A stretch of DNA of 59,087 bases. Source: an uncultured Candidatus Saccharibacteria bacterium (GTDB lineage: Bacteria; Patescibacteriota; Minisyncoccia; Phycocordibacterales; CAIZLB01). The stretch lies in contig CAYWQF010000001.1 of the NCBI GenBank assembly GCA_964460835.1, positions 1 through 59,087 of the forward strand. The letters run 5' to 3'. The translations under genes were made by a program, and so were the position numbers. This document shows positions 44,410-53,649 of this stretch, piece by piece (the stretch's first letter is position 1; every line of letters starts with the position of its first letter). Under the pieces are notes generated by a model. It saw nothing but the letters and a program-made list of their open reading frames with translations, was not told the origin of the DNA and ran no database searches.

Positions 44410-44457
44410 CCCTCCGGTCGACCGCGCTTTACAGCAAAGTCTTCCGGAGGGTCTTTT
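44410..44457 (+). terminator. hairpin terminator after 43911..44336
   Basis: CCCTCCGG (44410-17) / CCGGAGGG (44444-51), followed by TCTTTT. Confidence 0.5.
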
Positions 44458-44495
44458 CTATTTAATTATTTTTTTACTGGCTAGTTTTTTTATTC

Positions 44496-45773
44496 CTAAT
44501 AACTTACGAAAAAACTCGCTACACCAACGTTGTTATTTTCATCAAACTCGTTTACCTGATTCATACTGTCTGTGAAGATAGTGATGGAATTGTTTCCAGT
44601 TCGGATATTGTCAAAGCCGATAGTAAATGTAGCTTTACCACCTGAAACTATAGAAGCTTCACTCTGAGGGTTCTGATACTGCTTGTTTGCATTTGGAGCA
44701 TCAGTGAGTTCAGCACGGAATGTCCATGGACCTGTAGCACTTTTACCCTGATTGATTACTTCAAACTTTACAGCAACTCTATCAGTAGGTCGAAATACAG
44801 AAGTATTTGATTGAGGAATGAAGACATTGTTGTATCCAAGAGTACCGATCTGTACTATTCGTACAGCGAGATCTGCTCGGCCATCACCAGTGACGATGAC
44901 ACCATTTGAACCAGTGCCGTTGTTACCACCAGTGTTTGTACCATTTACAACTGCAAGTGCGACACTTGCAGTGTTGTTTGCAGAACTAGCATCTTTACCA
45001 CTGTTGTCTGCAACTGTTACAGAAAATACTGGGTTGATAGTAGAAGGAGAGTCGAAGTTGGCCTGACCTGTGACAGCTAGCCCTCCAGGTATAGATTGGT
45101 TGTTTGTAAAATCACGTACCTGATCTGCGCTATTTGTAGAAGGCATTTGTACACGTAGATTCCAAACACCTGTAGCACAAGCGCCTCTATTTTCTACTTT
45201 GAATTTTATAGAAACTGTATCGTTTGTAGAAAAAGTATTTGTTTCAATAAACTGACCTGTTGTTCGGTTTATGATTCCTTTTGAAATAATACTAACTGCA
45301 ATGTCAGATGTGCCAGTATTTACACAAGCTGATGAAATAGTCGCACCAGCACTACCAGAAGTAGATGGGTTTGCACCACTTGCAGAACCATAAGTGTTGT
45401 ATGTAGACATGTTTGTGCCAGACTTTGGTATAAAACTGTTTGGTCCATATGAACCGAACTTATTTTTTAGTAGGTCGCTGTAACTTGTAGTTGTAGCGTT
45501 TGAGCCAGATGCATTGGCGCTAGTACTTGTAGAAACTATGAAGCCAGCATCATTTGTAGATGTAGTGTTTGCACTGTTTGTTGTGCTATTTGTATTTGCA
45601 CCAGTATTTGTCTTAGCAGAATTGTCAGATCCATTGAAAAATGAACCCAAAGACACTGTAGCTGAGGCTAGGGAAGATAGGGCTTTTGGTACAACACGTA
45701 CTATACCGATGCTCAAAAACACCAATATAAGCAATATCGCGCCGATAATGAGTATTCGTAGAAATGTTTTCAT
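44496..45773 (-). CDS. secreted/anchored protein with two CARDB-like beta domains
   Basis: Signal-anchor, an Asn/Thr/Ser-rich linker, then two similar modules (KFKVENRGACATGVWNLRVQMP and KFEVINQGKSATGPWTFRAEL). Confidence 0.6.
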   Translation of the reverse strand: MKTFLRILIIGAILLILVFLSIGIVRVVPKALSSLASATVSLGSFFNGSDNSAKTNTGANTNSTTNSANTTSTNDAGFIVSTSTSANASGSNATTTSYSDLLKNKFGSYGPNSFIPKSGTNMSTYNTYGSASGANPSTSGSAGATISSACVNTGTSDIAVSIISKGIINRTTGQFIETNTFSTNDTVSIKFKVENRGACATGVWNLRVQMPSTNSADQVRDFTNNQSIPGGLAVTGQANFDSPSTINPVFSVTVADNSGKDASSANNTASVALAVVNGTNTGGNNGTGSNGVIVTGDGRADLAVRIVQIGTLGYNNVFIPQSNTSVFRPTDRVAVKFEVINQGKSATGPWTFRAELTDAPNANKQYQNPQSEASIVSGGKATFTIGFDNIRTGNNSITIFTDSMNQVNEFDENNNVGVASFFVSY

Positions 45774-45898
45774 GATGTGAGTATTATATCATAGATTGTC
45801 TACTTGTCAAATAGGGGACGAGGGCGTACAATAAGGCTATAAGGTAGGTAAATAAGGGCAATTTTAGTTAACTAAATAAACCCAAACACATTCAAATT

Positions 45899-46720
45899 AT
45901 GACTTTTTTAGACTTAAAAAACTATAAAAATACTTCTGGTCCCGCTCACGGCCCGATATTTGAAAAGCGCCACCTGCATTTCATAGGGTATTTTTCTGTT
46001 ATTTTTTTAATCACAATTGTCATTCTCGCAGTGTTTGGTCTATTACCAAGTGAGCTTCAAGAAAATTCTGACGGCAATACTTTTGTAGAATCTATAGAGC
46101 ACTCTGCTTTGGAAATACTTGAGGGGCAATCTACCAATCAGGCTGGTGTGCAAAATGGTGCGGAAGTAAATGGACAGAACAGCACACAGACGGGTGGACA
46201 GAATGGCATACAGGCTGGCACACAAAATTCAAATAAAAATATTCTCGCTTTTACTGCTGTGCAGCTGGTGATTCCTACTATTGGAGTCGATACTGTTATC
46301 CGCAATCCTGTGAGTACTGACGCAAAGTCTCTAGACTACGAGCTCACTCAGGGCGCAGTGCATTATCCTGGCTCAGGTACTGTGGGTGCCGGAAACATGT
46401 TTCTCTTTGGTCATAGTACTGGTTTTTCTATTGTGCAAAATAAGGCGTATAAAGTTTTCAATGAAATAAAGACACTAAACGTCGGCGATCTGATATATGT
46501 AGATGCGGTGGCTAAGACATCTACCAACTCCGCCCTAGCTGGTTCTACTGTTACCAAAACTTTTGTATACAAAGTGCGTGATGTCACCAAGGTAAATAAA
46601 GACGATACTCTTATAAAATTTGATACGACTAAAAATATGCTAACACTTTCTACTTGCAACAGCTTCGGTGCAAAGACAGATCGTTATGTGGTACAAGCGG
46701 ATTTTGTTGGGGTGAGATAA
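45899..46720 (+). CDS. sortase-family transpeptidase
   Basis: N-terminal TM anchor, catalytic His (MFLFGHSTG), TLSTC Cys motif (MLTLSTCNSFG), and a downstream Arg (TDRYVVQA). Confidence 0.8.
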   Translation: MTFLDLKNYKNTSGPAHGPIFEKRHLHFIGYFSVIFLITIVILAVFGLLPSELQENSDGNTFVESIEHSALEILEGQSTNQAGVQNGAEVNGQNSTQTGGQNGIQAGTQNSNKNILAFTAVQLVIPTIGVDTVIRNPVSTDAKSLDYELTQGAVHYPGSGTVGAGNMFLFGHSTGFSIVQNKAYKVFNEIKTLNVGDLIYVDAVAKTSTNSALAGSTVTKTFVYKVRDVTKVNKDDTLIKFDTTKNMLTLSTCNSFGAKTDRYVVQADFVGVR

Positions 46721-46901
46721 TGGTATGTAGGGGATATGTAGTTAGGCTTGCTGAGCGTTGTCCCCACTTAATCAAAGTGGTGCTAAGGTGTTGAACCATT
46801 ACGGCAACATTGACACTTTGTATTATTCAATGTACTCTTTTAACGTCCTGAAATTCAGAAAAACTTCATTCAACAACCCCTAGACCAAGAAACCTAGTTC
46901 C

Positions 46902-47288
46902 ATGAAAACAAAAAATTTTCTCAATCGTTTGTGCGCTCTGCGTGCAGTGTTCTTTTTTATGCTGGCCATTCTTGTGAGCGGACTGCTCCAGAGTTGTGCT
47001 TACGATGTGACGACTCATACCATCGTACCGGCGACGCTTGTGTTGCCTGCGATGGGTGGAGGTAGTCACGTGGTAGTGTCAGTGCCACCACCGTGCAGGC
47101 CTCGATATCCTGCACCTATGCCGTACGGATACAATCCTGGTGGATGTACGACAAATCGTGTGTACCCAATCGGTATGCCCGGCATCGCGGGGTGTGGAGG
47201 TAATGGTGTTTTTACCTACACACCACAACCACATCAGATCTATGTGCCAGCGGCACCCGCGCGTTGCGGTAGCCAATGGCCGCACTAA
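46902..47288 (+). CDS. putative lipoprotein (Pro/Gly/Cys-rich), GC-rich islet
   Basis: Signal peptide with a lipobox-like LLQSC. The mature part is Pro/Gly-rich with 5 Cys. Confidence 0.5.
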   Translation: MKTKNFLNRLCALRAVFFFMLAILVSGLLQSCAYDVTTHTIVPATLVLPAMGGGSHVVVSVPPPCRPRYPAPMPYGYNPGGCTTNRVYPIGMPGIAGCGGNGVFTYTPQPHQIYVPAAPARCGSQWPH

Positions 47289-47360
47289 CCATCAGTAAAT
47301 CTCAACCAACTAAACGTCATGTCTCGAAAGAGCAGGGCGTTTTTATTTTGAGCGTATAAA

Positions 47361-47400
47361 AAATAAAATAAAAAAGGACGCCATACTTTCGCATGGCGCC
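47361..47400 (-). terminator. intrinsic terminator of the L,D-transpeptidase gene
   Basis: On the minus strand, GGCGCCAT-GCGAAAGT-ATGGCGTCC is followed by TTTTTTATTTTATTTTTT. Confidence 0.6.
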
Positions 47401-47439
47401 TTGGTCGGTTTGAACGACCTTGTTGATTGTTGCCAGACT

Positions 47440-48384
47440 CTATTCTCCTGGTCTGAGTGTCCTTATAGAATCACCGGTTTGCTCATCATACCTAGATACA
47501 GGTATTTGATTTGACCTTTTCATGAATGGCCACCCCAGCGTCCATTGAGATTTGTCCGATGTTATCTCAGTCCCCTTTTTATTGAGACGACAAAGAGGTA
47601 TTAATCTACTTTGATAAGCTCTGATGAACTCGCTTGGTAGAGAACCATCTTTGTTGAGTTTGAAATATACCTCACCATCACGTATTTCCAGCAAGTTGAA
47701 TCCTGCAAAGTTTTTTTGCAGAAAGTCGAGGATCGTTCCTCTTATTTTCACCGGTGTGAGGGTTGGGCAGAGATCATAAATCTTTTTTGCCGCTCCAGCA
47801 GGAACTCTAACGCAGGCGTGGGACGCAGGATAATTGTTCCTATGTACGAATCCTTCATGGATATGAATACCACGAGGAACACCTTTGTCAGTAAATCCTA
47901 GCTCTAGTGCCCAAGGCATCCAGCATTTGTACTGATTTGACCAATGGCTCTCTTCTTTGTGAATAACCTGAGTGTCACCGGTTGGTGTTTCAAACCCAAG
48001 TTTTCCACTTGAGATATTTGACTCATAGATCTTTTCACCTCTGTCGAGTACATAGATTTTCTGTGCGGACAAATCCACAAGGATACTTCTTTGTACTTGT
48101 TGGATCAAGGTGTCTCCTGAGCTTATCCTCGGATCAGCAGATGGTACTGGATTGGATGTGTCTTGTTGTGGCCTCACTGGAGTATTTTCCACCGCTGGTG
48201 CGTCTTGTACAACACGAGAAATACTTCCGGCGATACCTTTTGTAGGCGGAGCAAACGGCACAGCCGCAGCCGAGTCGTCTTTCTTTGCTGGGGTAGGTAA
48301 TCCTTTTAGGGGACCTCCGAGCACTTGCCCAAAGATTCCAAAGAGGATAAATGTGACTGTAACGAGTGCAATCTTCGCGTTCAT
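47440..48384 (-). CDS. L,D-transpeptidase (YkuD domain)
   Basis: Signal peptide. The YkuD catalytic block is GIHIHEGFV...YPASHACVRVPAGAAKKIYD (the SHxCVR motif). Confidence 0.8.
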   Translation of the reverse strand: MNAKIALVTVTFILFGIFGQVLGGPLKGLPTPAKKDDSAAAVPFAPPTKGIAGSISRVVQDAPAVENTPVRPQQDTSNPVPSADPRISSGDTLIQQVQRSILVDLSAQKIYVLDRGEKIYESNISSGKLGFETPTGDTQVIHKEESHWSNQYKCWMPWALELGFTDKGVPRGIHIHEGFVHRNNYPASHACVRVPAGAAKKIYDLCPTLTPVKIRGTILDFLQKNFAGFNLLEIRDGEVYFKLNKDGSLPSEFIRAYQSRLIPLCRLNKKGTEITSDKSQWTLGWPFMKRSNQIPVSRYDEQTGDSIRTLRPGE

Positions 48385-48519
48385 TTCAATGGTTTCTTTC
48401 TTTGTTTTTGTCTATGAAATTGTCAATTTACTGTTTGTTGTTTGTTTAAAATAATAGCATAAAATACAGAAAAGTCAACTATGTGTAGGGTTTGTGTTTA
48501 TAGATGTTTTTGAAATTTT

Positions 48520-48553
48520 ATATAAAAATAAAAGCCGCTAGGTGAGTAGCGGC
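48520..48553 (-). terminator. intrinsic terminator of the 48601..49245 gene
   Basis: On the minus strand, GCCGCTA-CTCACC-TAGCGGC is followed by TTTTATTTTT. Confidence 0.6.
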
Positions 48554-48600
48554 CCGTTTGTCATTTTGTTGTTGTGTTAAGCACCTCACCGTGCTTTGTT

Positions 48601-49245
48601 TCAGGCGGTTGTCCTTCCTGGTGGAGTATCGAAGGTATCACTCTGCCTAAGTGAATTTTCTTCTACTTTTGCTGGGGGAAGGGGTGGTGGACCAGGACGA
48701 CGAGGGGTCGTCGGTCCGTTGTTCATTGATGAACCAGAAGGTCTCTTCTTTCCTGTTGCCATCCCTGGTGGCATTTCTCCACCGACTGGAATGGTATTGG
48801 GAAAAAGTTCCACTCCATCCGCCTCCATGTGTTGCCGCAAAGCTGGGTCGTTCGCGTTGAATTGTTGCTGACCCTTCTTCGTGACTTTTCCAGTCTTTGG
48901 ATCATAATGCCAGTCCTCCTTGAGGACTCCATCATTTTTCCAATTGCTCCAGCGCGTCCCCGGCATGTTGCTGGGGACAGGAGGGGGGCCGCCTGTACCA
49001 GTATAGTTCTGGGACCGAGGGCCACCTCTTTGCTGACTCAACCGTTGACCCTGAGGCCCGCAGTCGGTCGTCATTGGATAGCCACTTTGTGGCGCGCCCA
49101 TGTATGGCGACTGTTGTTGCGGGGGATAATAGCCCCCTTGGTTTTGATGAGGCTGAGTCGCAACACAGCTCACCAGGTTTGTGATGATAACGATCGCCAT
49201 AAAAGCGACCCCAATTTTTTGCATCGTGTTTTTCATAGCAGGCAA
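48601..49245 (-). CDS. putative lipoprotein, Pro/Gly/Gln-rich, GC-rich islet
   Basis: Signal peptide with a lipobox-like LVSC. Low-complexity P/G/Q tracts flank a small globular segment (WSNWKNDGVLKEDWHYDPKTGKVTKKG). Confidence 0.5.
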   Translation of the reverse strand: MPAMKNTMQKIGVAFMAIVIITNLVSCVATQPHQNQGGYYPPQQQSPYMGAPQSGYPMTTDCGPQGQRLSQQRGGPRSQNYTGTGGPPPVPSNMPGTRWSNWKNDGVLKEDWHYDPKTGKVTKKGQQQFNANDPALRQHMEADGVELFPNTIPVGGEMPPGMATGKKRPSGSSMNNGPTTPRRPGPPPLPPAKVEENSLRQSDTFDTPPGRTTA

Positions 49246-49469
49246 TACTCTTTATTTGAATAGTGTGCCTGTGTAAAAAGTATTATCTGCTATGAAAAAC
49301 CTTGCAAAATAAGCGTTTTATCAACCTTTAACCGCACCTTTCCAAAGAACTAACTGTTGATATATTAGCATATAAAAGTACAATAGTCAAGTACTTGTAA
49401 AAGCCTGAAAAACAGTATCTAATATGAGCACTTGACTATAACAATATTATAATATATAATGCTGGAGCA

Positions 49470-50975
49470 ATGAAAAATATGAATATAAATACAAAAATAA
49501 CAACAAGTAAAGTTTTTGCGATACTAGCGATTTTCGCTGTTGCAATAGTTTGTGTATTAACCCCTACACAGACAGCTTTCGCTGGCGAGTACGATGATTA
49601 TGGATATGGTAGTGGTGGATATGATTCTGGATATGATTTTAGTACATATACACCTTCGTATTCTGCTAGTTCATACACCCCATCTTACTCTTCAAGTGGA
49701 TACACTCCATCTTATTCTTCTTACTCATATCCATCATACTCTTCATATTCTACCCCTAAGTATTCTTATTCAACTCCATCTTATTCTTATTCAACTCCTT
49801 CATATTCTTCTTACACCCCATCATCTTCTGGTAGTAGTGGTTATTCATACACACCATCAGCTCCTCAGTATTCATATGTAACTACCCCTTCTACAAGTAG
49901 TGCTTCAAACTATTCTCCATCTGCACAGTCTACATACGTACAGGCAAATCCTACTGCTACAAGTAACAGTACTGCTTCTAATGTGTCTAAACAGCAGGTA
50001 TATGTTTCTGCTTCAAACACAAACAACAACTCAAATACAAACTCAAACAGTAATACAAATACAAACACTAGTAACATTACTAACAACCCTACATTCGTAA
50101 ACAACAACAATCCTACAAACGTAAACGATGTGAAGGTTATAGTACTTGCTACTCCTACAAGTAGTGGGACTACAAACAATACAACTCTTGATGGTAACTG
50201 TTATATTTCTCCATCAAATGCTTATATCAATCAGGACGTAACATTCTCTGCTTCAGCGACTGGTGGTAACGGTTCTTATACATATAGTTGGTCTGGTAGT
50301 GATGGTATCAGTGCTTATGCACAGAGTTTCACTGGACGATTTTCAACTTATGGAAGTAAGACTGCTACTGTAACTATTACTTCAAATGGTCAGTCTATAA
50401 CACGATCATGTAGTGCGTATGTACAGGGTTCTACAAACAATACAAACCTAAGTGCGTACTGTGTTGCTAATCCTACAAACGCGGGTATCAATCAGACTGT
50501 AACTTGGACGGTATATCCTTCAGGTGGTAACAGTGGATACTCATACGCTTGGTCTGGAGATGGTCTGTATGGAAATGGTCAGTCAGTAAATACTTCATAT
50601 TCTACAACTGGATATAAGTACGGAACTGTAACTGTTTATTCAAATGGTCAAAGTGTTGTTGCTTCATGTAACACAACTATCGGTGGTAACTACTATGCAC
50701 CTTCAAATGTAGTTGTAACAAGAGATACAAATCTTGGTACACCTGTGTCTGGAGTGTTTCTAAGTCAGGTTCCTGCTACTGGTATTAGCTTTGGTCTAAA
50801 GATGACATTGTTTACTATCGGTCTACTTGCTTGGAGTTTGTTTATAGCATTTGTTATAAATGAAAAACGAAAGGCAAAGCTTGCGACAGTGGGTGGTGTT
50901 CAGGGTTCTAGTTTAGAATCTCGAATTGAAGCTTTTAAGAAAGCTAATATGGCGAAGAAGGGTATTATAGCTTAA
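49470..50975 (+). CDS. cell-surface repeat protein with C-terminal VPATG sorting-like signal
   Basis: Signal peptide, a YTPSYS-type Tyr/Ser/Pro repeat stalk, an Asn/Thr tract, two PKD/Ig-like modules (GGNGSYTYSWSGSDG and GGNSGYSYAWSGDG), then GTPVSGVFLSQVPATG, a TM helix and a basic tail. Confidence 0.7.
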   Translation: MKNMNINTKITTSKVFAILAIFAVAIVCVLTPTQTAFAGEYDDYGYGSGGYDSGYDFSTYTPSYSASSYTPSYSSSGYTPSYSSYSYPSYSSYSTPKYSYSTPSYSYSTPSYSSYTPSSSGSSGYSYTPSAPQYSYVTTPSTSSASNYSPSAQSTYVQANPTATSNSTASNVSKQQVYVSASNTNNNSNTNSNSNTNTNTSNITNNPTFVNNNNPTNVNDVKVIVLATPTSSGTTNNTTLDGNCYISPSNAYINQDVTFSASATGGNGSYTYSWSGSDGISAYAQSFTGRFSTYGSKTATVTITSNGQSITRSCSAYVQGSTNNTNLSAYCVANPTNAGINQTVTWTVYPSGGNSGYSYAWSGDGLYGNGQSVNTSYSTTGYKYGTVTVYSNGQSVVASCNTTIGGNYYAPSNVVVTRDTNLGTPVSGVFLSQVPATGISFGLKMTLFTIGLLAWSLFIAFVINEKRKAKLATVGGVQGSSLESRIEAFKKANMAKKGIIA

Positions 50976-50996
50976 TGGCTTGATGGCTCAAAAAAC

Positions 50997-51032
50997 AAAA
51001 ACACCGCGCTTAGAAATTTGCGCGGTGTTTTT
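50997..51032. terminator. bidirectional intrinsic terminator between convergent genes
   Basis: AAAAACACCGCGC (50997-51009) / GCGCGGTGTTTTT (51020-32) with a 10-nt loop. A- and T-runs lie on both sides. Confidence 0.8.
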
Positions 51033-51042
51033 GTTTTGCACA

Positions 51043-52836
51043 CTAGTTTAACTCCTTCTTCTCTATCTTTCCTCTTATGTAAGCGATAGTATCTTCCACA
51101 CTCATCACTCCAATCTTTTCTGTGCGACCTTCGAGAGTGACTTGGCTTGCCTCGAGCTCCTTGTCGCCAATGACTGCAATGAGAGGGACTTTTTCTGTCT
51201 TGGCATTGCGCACACGCTTGCCGAAGCTTTCATTGCTGTCGTCTATATCTGCACGAAAGCCAGCTTTCTTAAACTCAGCTAGGGTAGCGCGAGCGAAGTC
51301 TTGCTGTCTCTCACCGATAGGGACAATACGAATTTGAACAGGAGACATCCAGATAGGGAATGCGCCAGCAAAATGCTCTATCATTACACCCATAAATCGT
51401 TCGAGAGATCCTGATATAGCTCGGTGAATAACCACAGGTCTTTCTTTCTCACCTTTTTCATTTACAAAAGATAGATCAAATCTCTCGGGCAGGTTGAAGT
51501 CACACTGAAGTGTGGCGAGCTGATGTTCTCGGCCAATAGCATCTCTAAACATAAAGTCTAGTTTTGGTCCATAAAAAGCGGCCTCACCTTTGCCTTCAAA
51601 GTATGGAAGCTTTTCTGATTCACATACTTGTTTTAGAGCATTTTCTGCAGTAGTCCAGACCTCGTCGCCACCGATATAGTTTTCTTTGTTGTCATCACGA
51701 AGTGAGAGGCGAACACGATAGCCATCCATCATTCCCATTGTGCCATAAAACTCTTTTATAATATTTACAATAGTAGAAGCTTCTTCGTGTAGCTGTGATA
51801 CTCGGCAGAAAAGGTGACCATCATCCTGAGTGATAGCTCGTACTCTAGTGAGCCCTCCGAGCTGTCCGGTCTTTTCATCTCTATAAACTGTCGCTGGTTC
51901 AAAATATCGAATAGGCATATCTCGATATGAGAATTGATTGTCGGCAAAAAGTTGCATGTGATGAGGACAATTCATTGGCTTCATATAGAAATTCTCCTTG
52001 CTAGTACCGCCGTGAACGCTAAACATATCAGCAAGATAATGTTTGCCGTGACCTGATGTAATATACAAATCTTCTTTTGCAAGGTGTGGAGTCCATACTC
52101 TGTCATAGCCACGATTTTTGTGTAAATCCCAGAGATAGTCCTCAATAGATTTTCTAACAATCATTCCTTTTGGTTGGAAAAGTGGAAGACCAGAACCTAC
52201 TAGGTCTGATACTGTGAAAAGTTTGAGTTCTTTACCGATCTTTCTGTGGTCGCGCTTCTTGGCTTCTTCTTGTTGAGTCTCATAAGCGACTAGTTCTTCT
52301 TTTGTAGAAAATGCGAGGCCGTAAACTCGAGTGAGCATTTTATTTTTCTCATCGCCTCGCCAATATGCACCAGCAATACGAGAAAGCTTGAAAGACTTTG
52401 CATCTATGTCAGAGAGTTTTTCTGTGTGACCACCACGACATAGGTCTGTAAATAGATAGTCTGAACCTTCACCAATAGTATATAGAGTAATAGGCTCACC
52501 TCGCTTCTCAATCTCTTCTATGAGTTCGAGCTTGTATGGATTGTGCTCAAAAAGCATTCTTGCATCCTTCGCAGAAACTTCTTTGTGTATGAAGGCGCCC
52601 TTTCTCCATTCTTTTAAAATCTCTTTCATCTTTTCTTCTAGGGCAGGCAAGTCGGCATCTTTGAGGGGCTCTACAAAGTCCATATCATAGTAGAAGCCGT
52701 TGTCTATAGCTGGTCCAAGAGTGAGGAGAGTGCTCGGGTAAAGTTGGACGACGGCCGCCGCTAGAAGGTGAGCTAGGGTATGGCGAGTGTGCTCGAGTTG
52801 TTCTACTGATAGGGCTGTATTGTTTTGTTGTGACAT
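51043..52836 (-). CDS. thrS: threonine--tRNA ligase
   Basis: Editing-domain HxxxH (RHTLAHLLAAAV), class II motif 2 (TVYRDEKTGQLGGLTRVR) and the motif 3 region (HRAISGSLERFMGVMIEH), plus a C-terminal anticodon-binding domain. It starts directly in the editing domain, so no TGS domain is present. Confidence 0.95.
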   Translation of the reverse strand: MSQQNNTALSVEQLEHTRHTLAHLLAAAVVQLYPSTLLTLGPAIDNGFYYDMDFVEPLKDADLPALEEKMKEILKEWRKGAFIHKEVSAKDARMLFEHNPYKLELIEEIEKRGEPITLYTIGEGSDYLFTDLCRGGHTEKLSDIDAKSFKLSRIAGAYWRGDEKNKMLTRVYGLAFSTKEELVAYETQQEEAKKRDHRKIGKELKLFTVSDLVGSGLPLFQPKGMIVRKSIEDYLWDLHKNRGYDRVWTPHLAKEDLYITSGHGKHYLADMFSVHGGTSKENFYMKPMNCPHHMQLFADNQFSYRDMPIRYFEPATVYRDEKTGQLGGLTRVRAITQDDGHLFCRVSQLHEEASTIVNIIKEFYGTMGMMDGYRVRLSLRDDNKENYIGGDEVWTTAENALKQVCESEKLPYFEGKGEAAFYGPKLDFMFRDAIGREHQLATLQCDFNLPERFDLSFVNEKGEKERPVVIHRAISGSLERFMGVMIEHFAGAFPIWMSPVQIRIVPIGERQQDFARATLAEFKKAGFRADIDDSNESFGKRVRNAKTEKVPLIAVIGDKELEASQVTLEGRTEKIGVMSVEDTIAYIRGKIEKKELN

Positions 52837-52999
52837 AGTGGTGCTATTTTAGCAGATTATTCAGTTTATTAGAAGAAAAATCTATTGACTTCACACAGAT
52901 TGACAGTGTGTTTGATTGTGGTATAAATTTACCGCAAGTAAGTCTTGCAACTGTTCTGGCGGTAAACAAATTCCAGAAGTTCTTTTAGGAGATAATGTT

Positions 53000-53551
53000 A
53001 TGGATGAAATGTTTGCAAGATTTGATTATCTCAAGCAAGTTTTTAAGGAGTTTTCTGATTTGGGTGAATTCCAGGTACCTGAAGATTATGACCATGACAC
53101 TAGTCTTGAAAAATTTCGTGCTGAGTTCGGCCACCTTTTCATGTTTTACAGTGATATTGTTAATGATCAAACTTTTAGTCAAAATGCTACAAGTAGGTTG
53201 GTGCCTGGTCAGAGATTTAACATCAAAGTTTTCAAACACCAGAATCCTAGAGCTTCGTTTTCAATAAACGAAGATAGGCTTGCTTTCTTGGCTATGAAGG
53301 AGGCAACTTTGTTGGGTGCAAACGGTCTACCTTTCCTGTTTAAGCACAAGAGAAGGAAGTTGACGAGGGGATTTAGTTACTTCTCTATAGATTGGGATTA
53401 TGCGCTACCCTCAACTTCAGATCAAAGTTTTCTTGTCACTCCATTTATTCGATTTTATTCTAGTGGCAGATTCGATTTGTCATATGTTAAGTTTAACACC
53501 AAGCATTTGGACAACGATCTGTTTATTGGATTTTTTGAGATAAGAAACTAA
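53000..53551 (+). CDS. hypothetical protein
   Basis: The ORF is open from 52916. The ATG at 53000 is preceded by AGGAG (52987-91). No motif recognised. Confidence 0.45.
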   Translation: MDEMFARFDYLKQVFKEFSDLGEFQVPEDYDHDTSLEKFRAEFGHLFMFYSDIVNDQTFSQNATSRLVPGQRFNIKVFKHQNPRASFSINEDRLAFLAMKEATLLGANGLPFLFKHKRRKLTRGFSYFSIDWDYALPSTSDQSFLVTPFIRFYSSGRFDLSYVKFNTKHLDNDLFIGFFEIRN

Positions 53552-53603
53552 CAAATTATCTCAATTGTCAATTTTTGGTAATTATCGATGTTTTGATTTA
53601 AGG

Positions 53604-53637
53604 CCCTCGTTCTGTAATGCAGTCGAGGGTTATTTTT
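53604..53637 (+). terminator. intrinsic terminator
   Basis: CCCTCG (53604-09) / CGAGGG (53624-29), followed by TTATTTTTT. Confidence 0.6.
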
Positions 53638-53649
53638 TAAATTTTTTAA

